A stretch of 63,950 nt of DNA, taken from positions 1 through 63,950 of IMG/VR virus record IMGVR_UViG_3300027899_000982. One strand, written 5' to 3'. How positions within the stretch are numbered: position 1 is the first letter of the stretch; each line of letters begins with the position of its first letter. Positions 37,729-46,788 of the stretch are shown in pieces. Below the pieces are notes generated by a model, which made no database searches, was not told the DNA's origin, and saw only the letters and a program-made list of their open reading frames with translations. A program made the translations under genes and the position numbers. Source of the stretch: a virus (Duplodnaviria > Caudoviricetes).

Positions 37729-37856
37729 AAAGGAGAGAGAAAACCTAATTGAGTTGAGGGCTGGATGCCCTTTGCCATACCAACTTGGCGACAATCGCTT
37801 GTGCGATCAATTGGAGTTGAACCAATGAAGTAACTCAATTATTACTACTCTCCTTT
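37729..37856 (-). ncRNA. YrlA-like Y RNA 2 with permuted tRNA domain
   Basis: Shared scaffold plus T-arm (AUUGG-UUCAACU-CCAAU), closed hairpin and D-arm (GCCA-AGUUGGUA-UGGC). Confidence 0.85.
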
Positions 37857-37865
37857 AAAATTCTT

Positions 37866-37975
37866 AGACAGGAAGAAAATCTGAAAAGGTAATGTGGGAT
37901 TCGGACCCACTCGACTCGCTGTTTAGGCGAATTTCATAACCAATATGAAGTAACCCTTTCATTACTATCCTGTCT
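37866..37975 (-). ncRNA. Y RNA-like ncRNA 1 with D-anticodon-T arms in tRNA order
   Basis: Shared scaffold plus UUCAUA-UUGGU-UAUGAA, UUCGC-CUAAACA-GCGAG and GUGGG-UCCGAAU-CCCAC. Confidence 0.8.
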
Positions 37976-37986
37976 TTCTATTAACT

Positions 37987-38016
37987 ATTATAACCCCTTT
38001 TCTCTATTTTGGACAA
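37987..38016 (-). promoter_or_regulatory. Promoter TTGTCC-N18-TATAAT upstream of the Y RNA/Ro60 locus
   Basis: The same motif and spacing occur four times in the window. Confidence 0.75.
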
Positions 38017-38033
38017 AAATAATTTCAATGCCA

Positions 38034-38561
38034 TTAATTTTTCTTAATCATTCCATTTATATTAGCTAAGTCAAGAATGGAATCCAGATAAAATAATCCT
38101 ATACTATCACCAGTTTGTATATGAGGATATAAACCACAATAGTCTTTCAGCCTTGAAATTGTTGGGTGTCTAAAAGCCACAATAACTGGTTTGGTATTCT
38201 GCTTCAATATAAGGAAAGGTTCTTTGTTACAAATTTCACAATTAGATACTAATTTCCTCCAGGTATCCCAAACAAAGCCTTTTCCATATATAAAGGCTGA
38301 CCAGCCCAAATCCTTATAATGCTTACATTCAATCACGAAGTGGTCTGTGAGTATGTTTCCGTAAGGTGTAACTGCTGTAATATCTCCATGACCACTTGCT
38401 GTTGTTCTGCCCTTTTTTCTTCTAACTGTAGCACGGCCTCCAGACATTGCTGAACGCCAGAATAGGTCGTCACTTTTTCCATCTGAAATCCAAAGTGATA
38501 ACTTTTTGCACATCTCTCTTTCAAATGCTGATCCTTTTTGTTTACCCCCACCTGATTTCAT
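38034..38561 (-). CDS. Holliday junction resolvase (Hjc-like PD-(D/E)XK)
   Basis: KGSAFERE, SGG, GDI and IECK motifs. Confidence 0.8.
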   Translation of the reverse strand: MKSGGGKQKGSAFEREMCKKLSLWISDGKSDDLFWRSAMSGGRATVRRKKGRTTASGHGDITAVTPYGNILTDHFVIECKHYKDLGWSAFIYGKGFVWDTWRKLVSNCEICNKEPFLILKQNTKPVIVAFRHPTISRLKDYCGLYPHIQTGDSIGLFYLDSILDLANINGMIKKN

Positions 38562-38567
38562 TTTGTT

Positions 38568-38765
38568 TTACCAAGGTTTTTTATATACTGTGCCAGTTAA
38601 ATCATAAAGCATTTTGATGTTTCTTTGACCAGCTTTCCAAGCACGAAAAGCAATTATTTTTATATTTTCCCAATTTGCTGCACCGATATAAGTGTCTTTT
38701 GGTGTTTTGTTCCAATACTTTTCAAAGTCTTTGGTGTATTTAATAGATGATTTTTTATTGAACAT
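38568..38765 (-). CDS. Hypothetical protein
   Basis: FEKYW...AW.AG small phage protein pattern. Confidence 0.5.
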   Translation of the reverse strand: MFNKKSSIKYTKDFEKYWNKTPKDTYIGAANWENIKIIAFRAWKAGQRNIKMLYDLTGTVYKKPW

Positions 38766-38927
38766 ATTCTTTTACTTCAACACTTTTACTTTCACTTACA
38801 AAAACAAAAGCAATTAATTTAATTGCTTGACTTATTTTGTCTAAGCAATCGGCAGCTATTAATTGATTGGCTATTATCAAGTCCATTCTCTTTTCCAATT
38901 CGGAAAACCTTTTATCTAAATTATCCA

Positions 38928-39956
38928 TTATCTTTCCTTTCTTGTCCTTTCAACTTTAAATTTATCATCAATTTCAGTCCACAGATCAATAACTTCATTT
39001 TTTAAAACTTCTTGCAGATTATTTTGTTCAGTATACTCAATAGCTTTTTCCATTGATTTAAACTCTTGGTCAGCTATTTTATACATAGTCAGTCCAAGAT
39101 TTTCTTTAAGATACTGTAGATTCTCTCTGATATCATCAATTCCATAACCAAAAATGATAGATATAAAACACGTTCGGAATGGTTCATCAACAGATGATTT
39201 CTTTACAATGCACTGACTACGGATTCCAATTGTTTTTTCTGCTTTCTTTCCATTAGATAATGTAACAGTTTTAGGAATCTTAGCACCCTGTGAAGGTGGT
39301 CCTACTCTCAATCTTAAGGACGAATAATAAGGAATAGCCCTACCACCAGGGGTTACTTCACCAGTTGGGCCTTCTCTAATTTGATTACTGCATACTACCA
39401 ACCAATTATTATTTGCAATCATTCTACAGGTCTTGCGTAGCCCTTCAGAGAATTCCTTTGCCCTACGCATTCCATATTTATCTTCATCCTCCAATTCTGT
39501 CTTTGTAGATAAGGCAGCTAAAGAGTCTGCAAGGACAGCATTTATTTTGTCATTTGATTCAGGTTCCCAATTCCAAATAAGATCAAACATTTCTGTTACT
39601 GTATCTGGTCTGAAATAGTTTTTACTGGAAATGTTTGCACCATAAATCTTAGCATATTCTTGGTCAAGTCTGGCTTCAGGGTCAAGAAATTTAGCATCAC
39701 CACCCTTAGATTGACAAGACGCTGCTATTTCAGCTAAGATACTGGTCTTTCCAGAACTTGATGGACCAAATATTTCGCACAGAATACCAGCAGGAATTCC
39801 CCCACCCCTAATAATTTTTCCTGATATAGCAAGGTCAAGCAGAGTGGAGCCAGTAGAAAGGAATAAAGATCTGGCCCCACTCTGTACAACCGGCTTACGA
39901 ATTTCTGCTTTTATTTCGTTAGCCGTTTCTTCTAATCTGCGTCTTAATTTGCTCAT
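38928..39956 (-). CDS. recA: RecA/UvsX recombinase
   Basis: STGS..LDLA, GPSSSGKT, DSLAAL, NQIR and TPGG.A..YYSS.RL motifs. Confidence 0.93.
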   Translation of the reverse strand: MSKLRRRLEETANEIKAEIRKPVVQSGARSLFLSTGSTLLDLAISGKIIRGGGIPAGILCEIFGPSSSGKTSILAEIAASCQSKGGDAKFLDPEARLDQEYAKIYGANISSKNYFRPDTVTEMFDLIWNWEPESNDKINAVLADSLAALSTKTELEDEDKYGMRRAKEFSEGLRKTCRMIANNNWLVVCSNQIREGPTGEVTPGGRAIPYYSSLRLRVGPPSQGAKIPKTVTLSNGKKAEKTIGIRSQCIVKKSSVDEPFRTCFISIIFGYGIDDIRENLQYLKENLGLTMYKIADQEFKSMEKAIEYTEQNNLQEVLKNEVIDLWTEIDDKFKVERTRKER

Positions 39957-40972
39957 CTTGAACGATTTAACCTGCTCCTTGCAGTTTGTTTAGGTTTTTC
40001 AGGTTGGGGTGGTTGTAGGTCTTCATTTTGCTCTTCCGTAGCAACCATACAGTCATTGTAAACATCACAATTACTACATTCACTCAATTTGTCAATCTCT
40101 AACCCAAAGCATTCTGGAATTTCCTGTGGTTGTTCTTTTTCAGGTTCTACAACTGGTGGTTTTCTTATTGCCCTGCCGATTCCAGTTTGTTGTACAACAG
40201 GTTCTACATCCTTTACAGTTTGCCTGATTTTAGACCCATAAAAAGCAGAGTTTATTTCATCATAATCAGCTACATATACTACTTCTTCCAGGCAGTAGGT
40301 GGAATCAAGTAATTCATCTGGAATGACATAGGGCACACCATCTACTTCTCTGTCTTGGAAATTATGTCCTAAATATTGGGTATTATCCTTTCCCGACCCT
40401 GTCCTTTTGAATGAAATAGACTTGCCTTGGTCCGGATGAGAAAACAAAACCTTTCCACCACCTCTTGGTTTTTGTGATAATATGTTTAAATGTCTTTCCA
40501 TATTCCAATGGGCTACCACCCAAATTTGAACACCTTTGTTTTCTTCCTTAGCATCATCGTAGACAATAACATTATAGACAGTCATTCTTTTGGGTTTTAA
40601 AGCTTTCCATACATCATCCTCAGCACCATCTTCTCTCAATTGTTTAGAGTGTTCACAAATAGGGCAAGGATTACCAAAGTTAGTTAAAGGACAGACATAC
40701 ATGGCATCATTAGCCCCTACATTCTTATGGACATAATAGGTAGCATGGTCACTAACGTCACCCTTTTTAATTTTCTTTTCAGGGTTATTAGCACCTGCAA
40801 TGTAAGGGAGAATATCAATTAGGTGCTCACCCTCCTTACACCACCATTCCTGAATACCTTCACCTTTGATTATACTACCAAATTTGAGTCCACCTTCATT
40901 AGTATCAAATGATTCCTTACGCCTTTCCAACAACTGGTCTGACATTTTACTTCTTAATTGACTTACTTTCAT
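39953..40972 (-). CDS. gp32-like single-stranded DNA-binding protein
   Basis: ILPY, VH..VG, CP..NFG.PCPICE and G...TQY, adjacent to recA. Confidence 0.7.
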   Translation of the reverse strand: MKVSQLRSKMSDQLLERRKESFDTNEGGLKFGSIIKGEGIQEWWCKEGEHLIDILPYIAGANNPEKKIKKGDVSDHATYYVHKNVGANDAMYVCPLTNFGNPCPICEHSKQLREDGAEDDVWKALKPKRMTVYNVIVYDDAKEENKGVQIWVVAHWNMERHLNILSQKPRGGGKVLFSHPDQGKSISFKRTGSGKDNTQYLGHNFQDREVDGVPYVIPDELLDSTYCLEEVVYVADYDEINSAFYGSKIRQTVKDVEPVVQQTGIGRAIRKPPVVEPEKEQPQEIPECFGLEIDKLSECSNCDVYNDCMVATEEQNEDLQPPQPEKPKQTARSRLNRSR

Positions 40973-41109
40973 TTGTCCCTCCTGTTATTTTAGATATGAA
41001 TTCCAATTTAGAATCGAAAAAAGATTTAAAAAAAGCAGCCGTCACAATTCTTACTGTTAAGTAGACCAAAAAAAGCCCCCCTATGAAGATTGGAATAAGC
41101 CACAAAGGA

Positions 41110-41589
41110 TTAAACTGCCCTGGCACGGTTAAGCCTTTTCTTTAGATTTATGTCCTTGTCCATCTCTTCCAACATGGCTGTTCTGTCTTTAGGGGGGGCA
41201 TCTCTAAGATAATATTCTGACAAAAATAGCCTAACTAAATTATCCAAGGCATACTTTTTATGGTTTAAGGATTCAATTGCAGATTGGATTATCTTATGAT
41301 TATACTTTAACTGGTTATAATTGTCAAGGCATTTCCGATATTTATCATTAGTTATGATGGCAGAATTTACAGCGGATTCGGTTATTTTTTCAAGTTTAAA
41401 CTCGGTTGGGTATGTTCTGATAGCCAAGTCCAACTCCGCTTTTACAAGGTCAATGTTTTCTTTTGCCCTGTCCCTTTCCATTTCGGCTTCAGCTAATTGG
41501 ATAGACCAATTGTGAAAGGTTGATGGTTGTTTAGCCCATTCATCATCCAGCGAAAACTTGTCAATCTCTAAGTCTTTTTCAAATCCCAT
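41110..41589 (-). CDS. UvsY-like recombination mediator
   Basis: DLEID...LDDEW..QP, helical, TE.AV...I, next to SSB and RecA. Confidence 0.6.
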   Translation of the reverse strand: MGFEKDLEIDKFSLDDEWAKQPSTFHNWSIQLAEAEMERDRAKENIDLVKAELDLAIRTYPTEFKLEKITESAVNSAIITNDKYRKCLDNYNQLKYNHKIIQSAIESLNHKKYALDNLVRLFLSEYYLRDAPPKDRTAMLEEMDKDINLKKRLNRARAV

Positions 41590-41608
41590 AGTGTCCTCCT
41601 ATACTCTT

Positions 41609-41638
41609 ATTATACCATGCTTTCCCATTATTGGACAA
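41609..41638 (-). promoter_or_regulatory. Promoter TTGTCC-N18-TATAAT with extended -10 TG
   Basis: ttttgtccaataatgggaaagcatggtataat. Confidence 0.75.
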
Positions 41639-41641
41639 AAA

Positions 41642-42550
41642 TTATTGACATGCCAGGTAACAAGCTAGAATTAATCCAGCCCTACCCGAATACATAAATG
41701 ATTCTGTGAACGTAGCCATAATTCCAGCAGTCCTATCATCTCCTTTGCCTAAAAGTACAGTTGAAAAATATCCCAATATAGCATATCTAATTGTTTCTGG
41801 TTCTTGTTTTAAACCCTTAAGTAAATCAGCAACAGTTGACCAATCCTTTTTTAGTAAAGCCCTACATAATTCTATGGTCTTAGATTCATCAATTAATCCT
41901 TCACCAATGGCAGCTAAAGCTAAATTATCATCGGTAATATCAGAAATCTTTTCCAAGAAAAGTAAAGCCTGTCTTGGACAACCATTTGATACTTTGTTTA
42001 TCTCTCTAAGAATGGTAGGTTTAATATCAAACCCTTCTGCTTTGCAAACTTTTCTAAGTAATAGGGACATAGTTGGAGTTATCAATGGGTATACTTGATA
42101 AGCATCACACCTATTTCTAATAGTGACTATCAGTTTATCAGGGTCAGTAGTACATAGAATAAATCTGATATGGTCAGGAGTGTCTTCAAGTATTTTGAGT
42201 AAAGCACCTTGGGCATCAGGTGTAAGCTTGTGGGCTTCATCCATAAGGTAAATCTTAACTTTACCATTTATGGGTGCATAGATAGAATTGGCTATTATTT
42301 CCCTGACAGTGTCTATCCCCCTGGTATTTCCCAAATCATATTCATAAAAATCTTTAGGGCTACAAACCAATTCATCTCTTACTATTCTGGCCAAAGTAGT
42401 TTTACCACACCCGCTTGGACCGTAGAATAGAAAAGACTTAACTTGATTTTTCTTTAGAACTGACTTTAGAGTTGAAATTATAGAATCATTTCCAAGAAAT
42501 TCATCAAATGTTTGGGGTCTATACTTTCGGTGTAGCGGCAGATTTTCCAT
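41642..42550 (-). CDS. dnaX: DnaX (gamma/tau)-like clamp loader ATPase
   Basis: KYRPQTF, GPSGCGKTT, DEAH.L, LLK.LED and TI.NRC motifs. Confidence 0.9.
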   Translation of the reverse strand: MENLPLHRKYRPQTFDEFLGNDSIISTLKSVLKKNQVKSFLFYGPSGCGKTTLARIVRDELVCSPKDFYEYDLGNTRGIDTVREIIANSIYAPINGKVKIYLMDEAHKLTPDAQGALLKILEDTPDHIRFILCTTDPDKLIVTIRNRCDAYQVYPLITPTMSLLLRKVCKAEGFDIKPTILREINKVSNGCPRQALLFLEKISDITDDNLALAAIGEGLIDESKTIELCRALLKKDWSTVADLLKGLKQEPETIRYAILGYFSTVLLGKGDDRTAGIMATFTESFMYSGRAGLILACYLACQ

Positions 42551-42716
42551 TATTTTCCTTTCCTATCCATTTCTCTAAATATTCTTGTAATAGAACAGAC
42601 AATCCAAGGCCGGTCTTATTGCATTTCTTTTTGACTTTAAAAGCCAAATCAGGGTCAAGGCAAAAACTCATAACTATTTTTTTCGGACTAATATCACCCG
42701 CTACTTTCCTCCCCAT
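42519..42716 (-). CDS. Ribbon-helix-helix-like small regulator
   Basis: SFCLDPDL...K......LS.LLQEYLEKW pattern. Confidence 0.5.
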   Translation of the reverse strand: MGRKVAGDISPKKIVMSFCLDPDLAFKVKKKCNKTGLGLSVLLQEYLEKWIGKENNGKSAATPKV

Positions 42717-45240
42717 TTTTAACCTCCTTTTTGTAATACCATGCTTGGTCTATTTCCGTCATTTCAAATTCGACAATTAATGGGACTATTATCCAAGGCC
42801 ATTTTTTCGTTATTCGTTTAGTCATTATTCCTTTGCATAGATTAAACACCAATTCCTTTTCAGGCGGGTAAAGGTCAAAAACTATGCTGTCATGTATCTG
42901 ACCAATTATCTTTGTCTTACAGTCTTTCAGGGCTTTGTTTATTTCAATCAAAGACCACAGTAAGCAATGGAAAGCTGGCCCTTGGACTATCCAGTTATAT
43001 AAATCATTTCTGGTAAGATACCCATCGCTTTGAAATCCAGTAATGTATTTGACATACCCATGTTCTAAATAGAATTTTTCAGTTTGTTTTTGCCATTCCT
43101 TTACTCCGGTAAATTTTCCCCAAAACCTTCTTTCGTCCTTTTCACAATGTTTTTCAAAATCATTATAAGTGCTGATACCTTTTCTATTGAGATGTTGTTT
43201 AACTTTTAATTTGTCTATTAGGGGCCAAACATTGCCAGCACAGCCTACATAATAACTTCCATAAAAGTATGGAAATACCTTCTGATTCTTAGCATAAAAT
43301 CTTATTTCCTTTGCAAGATCATGATTTAATTTGTTCCATTCATTGTCAGTAAATAGAAACAATTCTTTAGCCTCGTCCTTGTGCATATCTCCACCATTAA
43401 TTAAATAGTCAAGCAGTGCAGAGTCTTTGCTTAGACAGGCTATAATTCTAACTTCTAAACTACCATAATCAACTTCAAGTATTTGATTTCCTTTGGTTGG
43501 TATGATTCCTGATCTGGTTATCAGTTTGGCTTTTTCCTCCCTTACCGGAATGTTCTGAAAGTTTGGTTTATCACTTGAACTCCTATAGGTAGTCACCATG
43601 TTTAGATTGAACGATGGGTGTAGTTTCCCATCATTACAAGTCTCTCGGATAAACTGAGATAAATATGTTCCCTTTATCTTTTCCAATCTACGCATTCCTA
43701 GTAGTTTATTGGAAAACTCTGAATTCATTTCAACCAGGACGCTGCTATCAACAGAAAAATTTCCTTTATCAGTTGATTTTACAGATGGTAGTTTTAAAAT
43801 ATCAAAAAACAAAAACTGCAAGTCAGTAGTCGAACCTAAATCAATTGTTCTACTATTTGTTTTTTTGAATAGTTGTGCTTCTTCAGAAGCAAGCAAAGTG
43901 TTCTCAAGGTCACTTATTTCAAGTTTTAATTTTTCATTTTCTTTTTGGTAATGATTACTATTAACACAAATCCCATTATTTTCTATGTCTGCCAAGGCTT
44001 TATTTCCAGCAAAAAATAATTTATTTCCTTTACTCAAATGTGGGTTTTTGTCAAATTCCTGTAGTTGATCACGATATAAAATGGATGTTATCAAAGAATC
44101 CATACCACAATATTTTAAAGATTTTTCCAATAGTATTGGGTTGTTTAAAACTTTTGTCCAATCCTTTTTATATGGTTCCGTTTCTTTGTCATACCCTTTT
44201 AAACCATATCGAACATAAGACTGAAATTTTAACTTAGTAGTCTTTTTTCGCCCGTCCAAGACATGTTGGGAAACCATAGTATCCCAATGCCAGCCCTTTG
44301 GTTCAACTCCAAAAACAACTCTACTCCATTTATCTTCAAATTTAAGGTTATGAGCCATCTTAGGAATGTTTTTATTTTCAAGAAATTCTTTCCAGGCAGA
44401 GACAATATTATCTGTCATTTGAAAAGTATAAGCCGAGTCTCCATCAGAAATACTAGTAAAGAATATTCTTGGAACACCCCTATATGGGTTTAGACTTGAT
44501 GTTTCATAGTCAAAAGCTACTGGTTCATGTTTAGAAAAAGATAAAGCATTTATAATATCTTTAGGATCAGTTAAAATATGTACACAATTTTCAAACATCT
44601 CTGCTTGAGTTTGGACATTGTTATGCTGACATGATTTTAACCTATCTTTATCCAAACAAGAGACAGCAAATTCAAGATCCTTTTCAAACACCATTCCAAG
44701 TTTTTCATCTTTATTTCTAAGTATGTAACTAGGATGATATAGGGGCACTATCCATGATTTAAAATCATAATCTGGAATACACCTTTTTCTCCAAGGGGTT
44801 ATGTTTGTATCTTCAAAATCATCCATATAGAATGATTCTAAAGAAGCGTTTCCCATAAGCCAGATAAATTTAGGGTTTAATTTTTTAATAACTTCAATAA
44901 CTCTTGGTTTGCAGTTTTTTATTTCGGAGAAAGTTGGTTTGCGGTTATCACCTTTTTTATCACTTGGCCTACAATTTATAGCATTGATTTTCCAGAAGTC
45001 CCTATCCAAATCAAAGCCCAAATTGGTCAAATGGTTTCTAAGTAGATTACCAGCCTGACCACTTAACTGTATGCCTGTATCATCTTCAGTTTTTCCAGGT
45101 GCTTCAGCAATAATAAGGATTTCTTTTTTACCAAGTCCGGTATAGTCCATTCTTGGAGACTTGCATTTTTTGTATAGGCCACACTTTTGACAGTTATCGG
45201 TCTGGCCTATAACATCCTTTTTTGAAAAGAAACCTTTCAT
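42694..45240 (-). CDS. polA: Family A DNA polymerase with N-terminal family-4 uracil-DNA glycosylase-like domain and 3'-5' exonuclease
   Basis: CxxC.L, AEAPG..ED, NCRP..NR.P and HPSY (UDG). DYET, HNLKFE and YCGMD (exonuclease). DYGSLEVR, R..AK and QIHDS (polymerase). Confidence 0.93.
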   Translation of the reverse strand: MKGFFSKKDVIGQTDNCQKCGLYKKCKSPRMDYTGLGKKEILIIAEAPGKTEDDTGIQLSGQAGNLLRNHLTNLGFDLDRDFWKINAINCRPSDKKGDNRKPTFSEIKNCKPRVIEVIKKLNPKFIWLMGNASLESFYMDDFEDTNITPWRKRCIPDYDFKSWIVPLYHPSYILRNKDEKLGMVFEKDLEFAVSCLDKDRLKSCQHNNVQTQAEMFENCVHILTDPKDIINALSFSKHEPVAFDYETSSLNPYRGVPRIFFTSISDGDSAYTFQMTDNIVSAWKEFLENKNIPKMAHNLKFEDKWSRVVFGVEPKGWHWDTMVSQHVLDGRKKTTKLKFQSYVRYGLKGYDKETEPYKKDWTKVLNNPILLEKSLKYCGMDSLITSILYRDQLQEFDKNPHLSKGNKLFFAGNKALADIENNGICVNSNHYQKENEKLKLEISDLENTLLASEEAQLFKKTNSRTIDLGSTTDLQFLFFDILKLPSVKSTDKGNFSVDSSVLVEMNSEFSNKLLGMRRLEKIKGTYLSQFIRETCNDGKLHPSFNLNMVTTYRSSSDKPNFQNIPVREEKAKLITRSGIIPTKGNQILEVDYGSLEVRIIACLSKDSALLDYLINGGDMHKDEAKELFLFTDNEWNKLNHDLAKEIRFYAKNQKVFPYFYGSYYVGCAGNVWPLIDKLKVKQHLNRKGISTYNDFEKHCEKDERRFWGKFTGVKEWQKQTEKFYLEHGYVKYITGFQSDGYLTRNDLYNWIVQGPAFHCLLWSLIEINKALKDCKTKIIGQIHDSIVFDLYPPEKELVFNLCKGIMTKRITKKWPWIIVPLIVEFEMTEIDQAWYYKKEVKNGEESSG

Positions 45241-46223
45241 TAAGGCAATGCCATTACATGTTTGAACTTATCTGTTTGAAATAAAGCCTTATCCGGTCCC
45301 AAGGTAATCTTAGTTACCTTATCCAAAATCTCGAACAGAAAGGCTGGGTTTATCCTAAATTTAACGTCACGGTCCAACGTCTGGTCCAAGACAAAATTGG
45401 TCCAGCCACGGTCATTTTCAGCACCACACCTTAGTTTTCCATCAGCAGTTTCAATGGTTACAAATCTTTCAAAAGGATTATCATTGTCAGCTAGAAATTC
45501 CACTGATTTTACTGCTATCCTTAACTCTTTGGGTAATTCAAAAGTTTCCCCGGTAACAGCAAACAAAGCATTCACGTTAGGATAATCCCCCACAGCCTTG
45601 CGACAGGAAAACACAGCTTGGCTTGACAATTCAAAATGGACAAAGGAATTATCTTGGCATACTTTTACTGGGTCAAATTTCAATAGACTGGTAATAACAG
45701 GCAAAGTCAGCATGTAAGCATTTTTGACAGGCTTGGAAAAGGTATATTTACTTACTCTGAAATTGTCTGAAGAAATTACATTTCTTTTGTCTACTTTCAG
45801 ACATGTAAGTAAACCCAAGGACTGGTCTGTACTGGCAGAAAATGAACATAGAGTTAATGCTTCCTTAAAATCATCAGGCAGGTTTTCCCATTCACAGTTT
45901 TCCGGCAGTGCAAATGGAATTTCTTGGTCGGCATGAGTCATTTTCAGACCACCAGAAACATTTTGGGCATTAATTAACAACTGATTTTCTTCTACCAACA
46001 TCTCAAAATCAGGTATCATGTCTTTGTTAATTGAACTGATTAATTTACTCAAGTCATTGGCATTTACTCCACCAGTGAAATCAGTCTGGAGTGGGCAGTA
46101 AACAATAATTTGGTCATTACCAGCTATAAGATACATACCGTTAAAGAACACAAATTCATCTTTGTCCATTCCAGCTTGAATAGTCTTTAATGCCTTTTCT
46201 AATTCGACAGTATTTATTTGCAT
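45240..46223 (-). CDS. dnaN: DnaN-like sliding clamp
   Basis: SSDNFR, GDYP, INP.FL and a C-terminal MALP, next to Pol and DnaX. Confidence 0.7.
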   Translation of the reverse strand: MQINTVELEKALKTIQAGMDKDEFVFFNGMYLIAGNDQIIVYCPLQTDFTGGVNANDLSKLISSINKDMIPDFEMLVEENQLLINAQNVSGGLKMTHADQEIPFALPENCEWENLPDDFKEALTLCSFSASTDQSLGLLTCLKVDKRNVISSDNFRVSKYTFSKPVKNAYMLTLPVITSLLKFDPVKVCQDNSFVHFELSSQAVFSCRKAVGDYPNVNALFAVTGETFELPKELRIAVKSVEFLADNDNPFERFVTIETADGKLRCGAENDRGWTNFVLDQTLDRDVKFRINPAFLFEILDKVTKITLGPDKALFQTDKFKHVMALP

Positions 46224-46231
46224 TAAGTCTC

Positions 46232-46783
46232 CTATTTGTTTTTAGACCATCGTTTCTTTTGGGCTAAAGACATTTTTAATTTTGTTTCTTCACTAGCTTT
46301 GTTTCCCAAATTGTATTTATTTCCCATTCTATCTAAAGAATATTTCCTGCGTGTTTCTTCAGAATGGTGTTTTCCAAACATACCATTAGATGGTCCAATT
46401 TGTTTTCCTTTTAAAGCAACAGACATTTTTCTAAGTGTTTCTTCAGAGTGTTTTTGCCCTTTCTTAGACAAAGACAATTTTTGTTTAGACTCTTCAGAAA
46501 AATGTTTACCATAAAAATGATTCTTCTCTCCTTTTACAGATTCAGATATTTTATGTTTGGTTTCTTTAGAAATAATCTTTCCTTTGTGATGTAAACTTTG
46601 GTGGTCGGCATGTGTCATTAATTCTAAATTTTCAATCGCATCATTCAGAGTATCCTCATCCTTATGATGTACAACCATTCCCTTTTTCCAAGGATTATTT
46701 GGGTTATGTTCGTTCCAAATGATGTGGGCACGTTGCTGATTTCCTACCATAGAACGATTTCTATAAATTCTATAAATTTCCAT
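46232..46783 (-). CDS. HNH-NUMOD3 homing endonuclease
   Basis: HHKDEDTLNDAIENLEL and HSEET repeats. Confidence 0.9.
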   Translation of the reverse strand: MEIYRIYRNRSMVGNQQRAHIIWNEHNPNNPWKKGMVVHHKDEDTLNDAIENLELMTHADHQSLHHKGKIISKETKHKISESVKGEKNHFYGKHFSEESKQKLSLSKKGQKHSEETLRKMSVALKGKQIGPSNGMFGKHHSEETRRKYSLDRMGNKYNLGNKASEETKLKMSLAQKKRWSKNK

Positions 46784-46788
46784 TGCTC

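Noticed and set aside
37443-37838. 131-aa ORF across the tRNA and Y RNAs
   Set aside because: Shadow ORF translating structured RNA genes.
37196-37975. GAAGTAAC repeats as a CRISPR mini-array
   Set aside because: The conserved core is only about 8-9 nt, spacing is irregular, each unit folds as a closed RNA, and no cas genes are present.
1327-46783. HNH genes as group I intron-encoded ORFs
   Set aside because: Flanking genes appear complete and abut the HNH ORFs, leaving no room for intron core structure.
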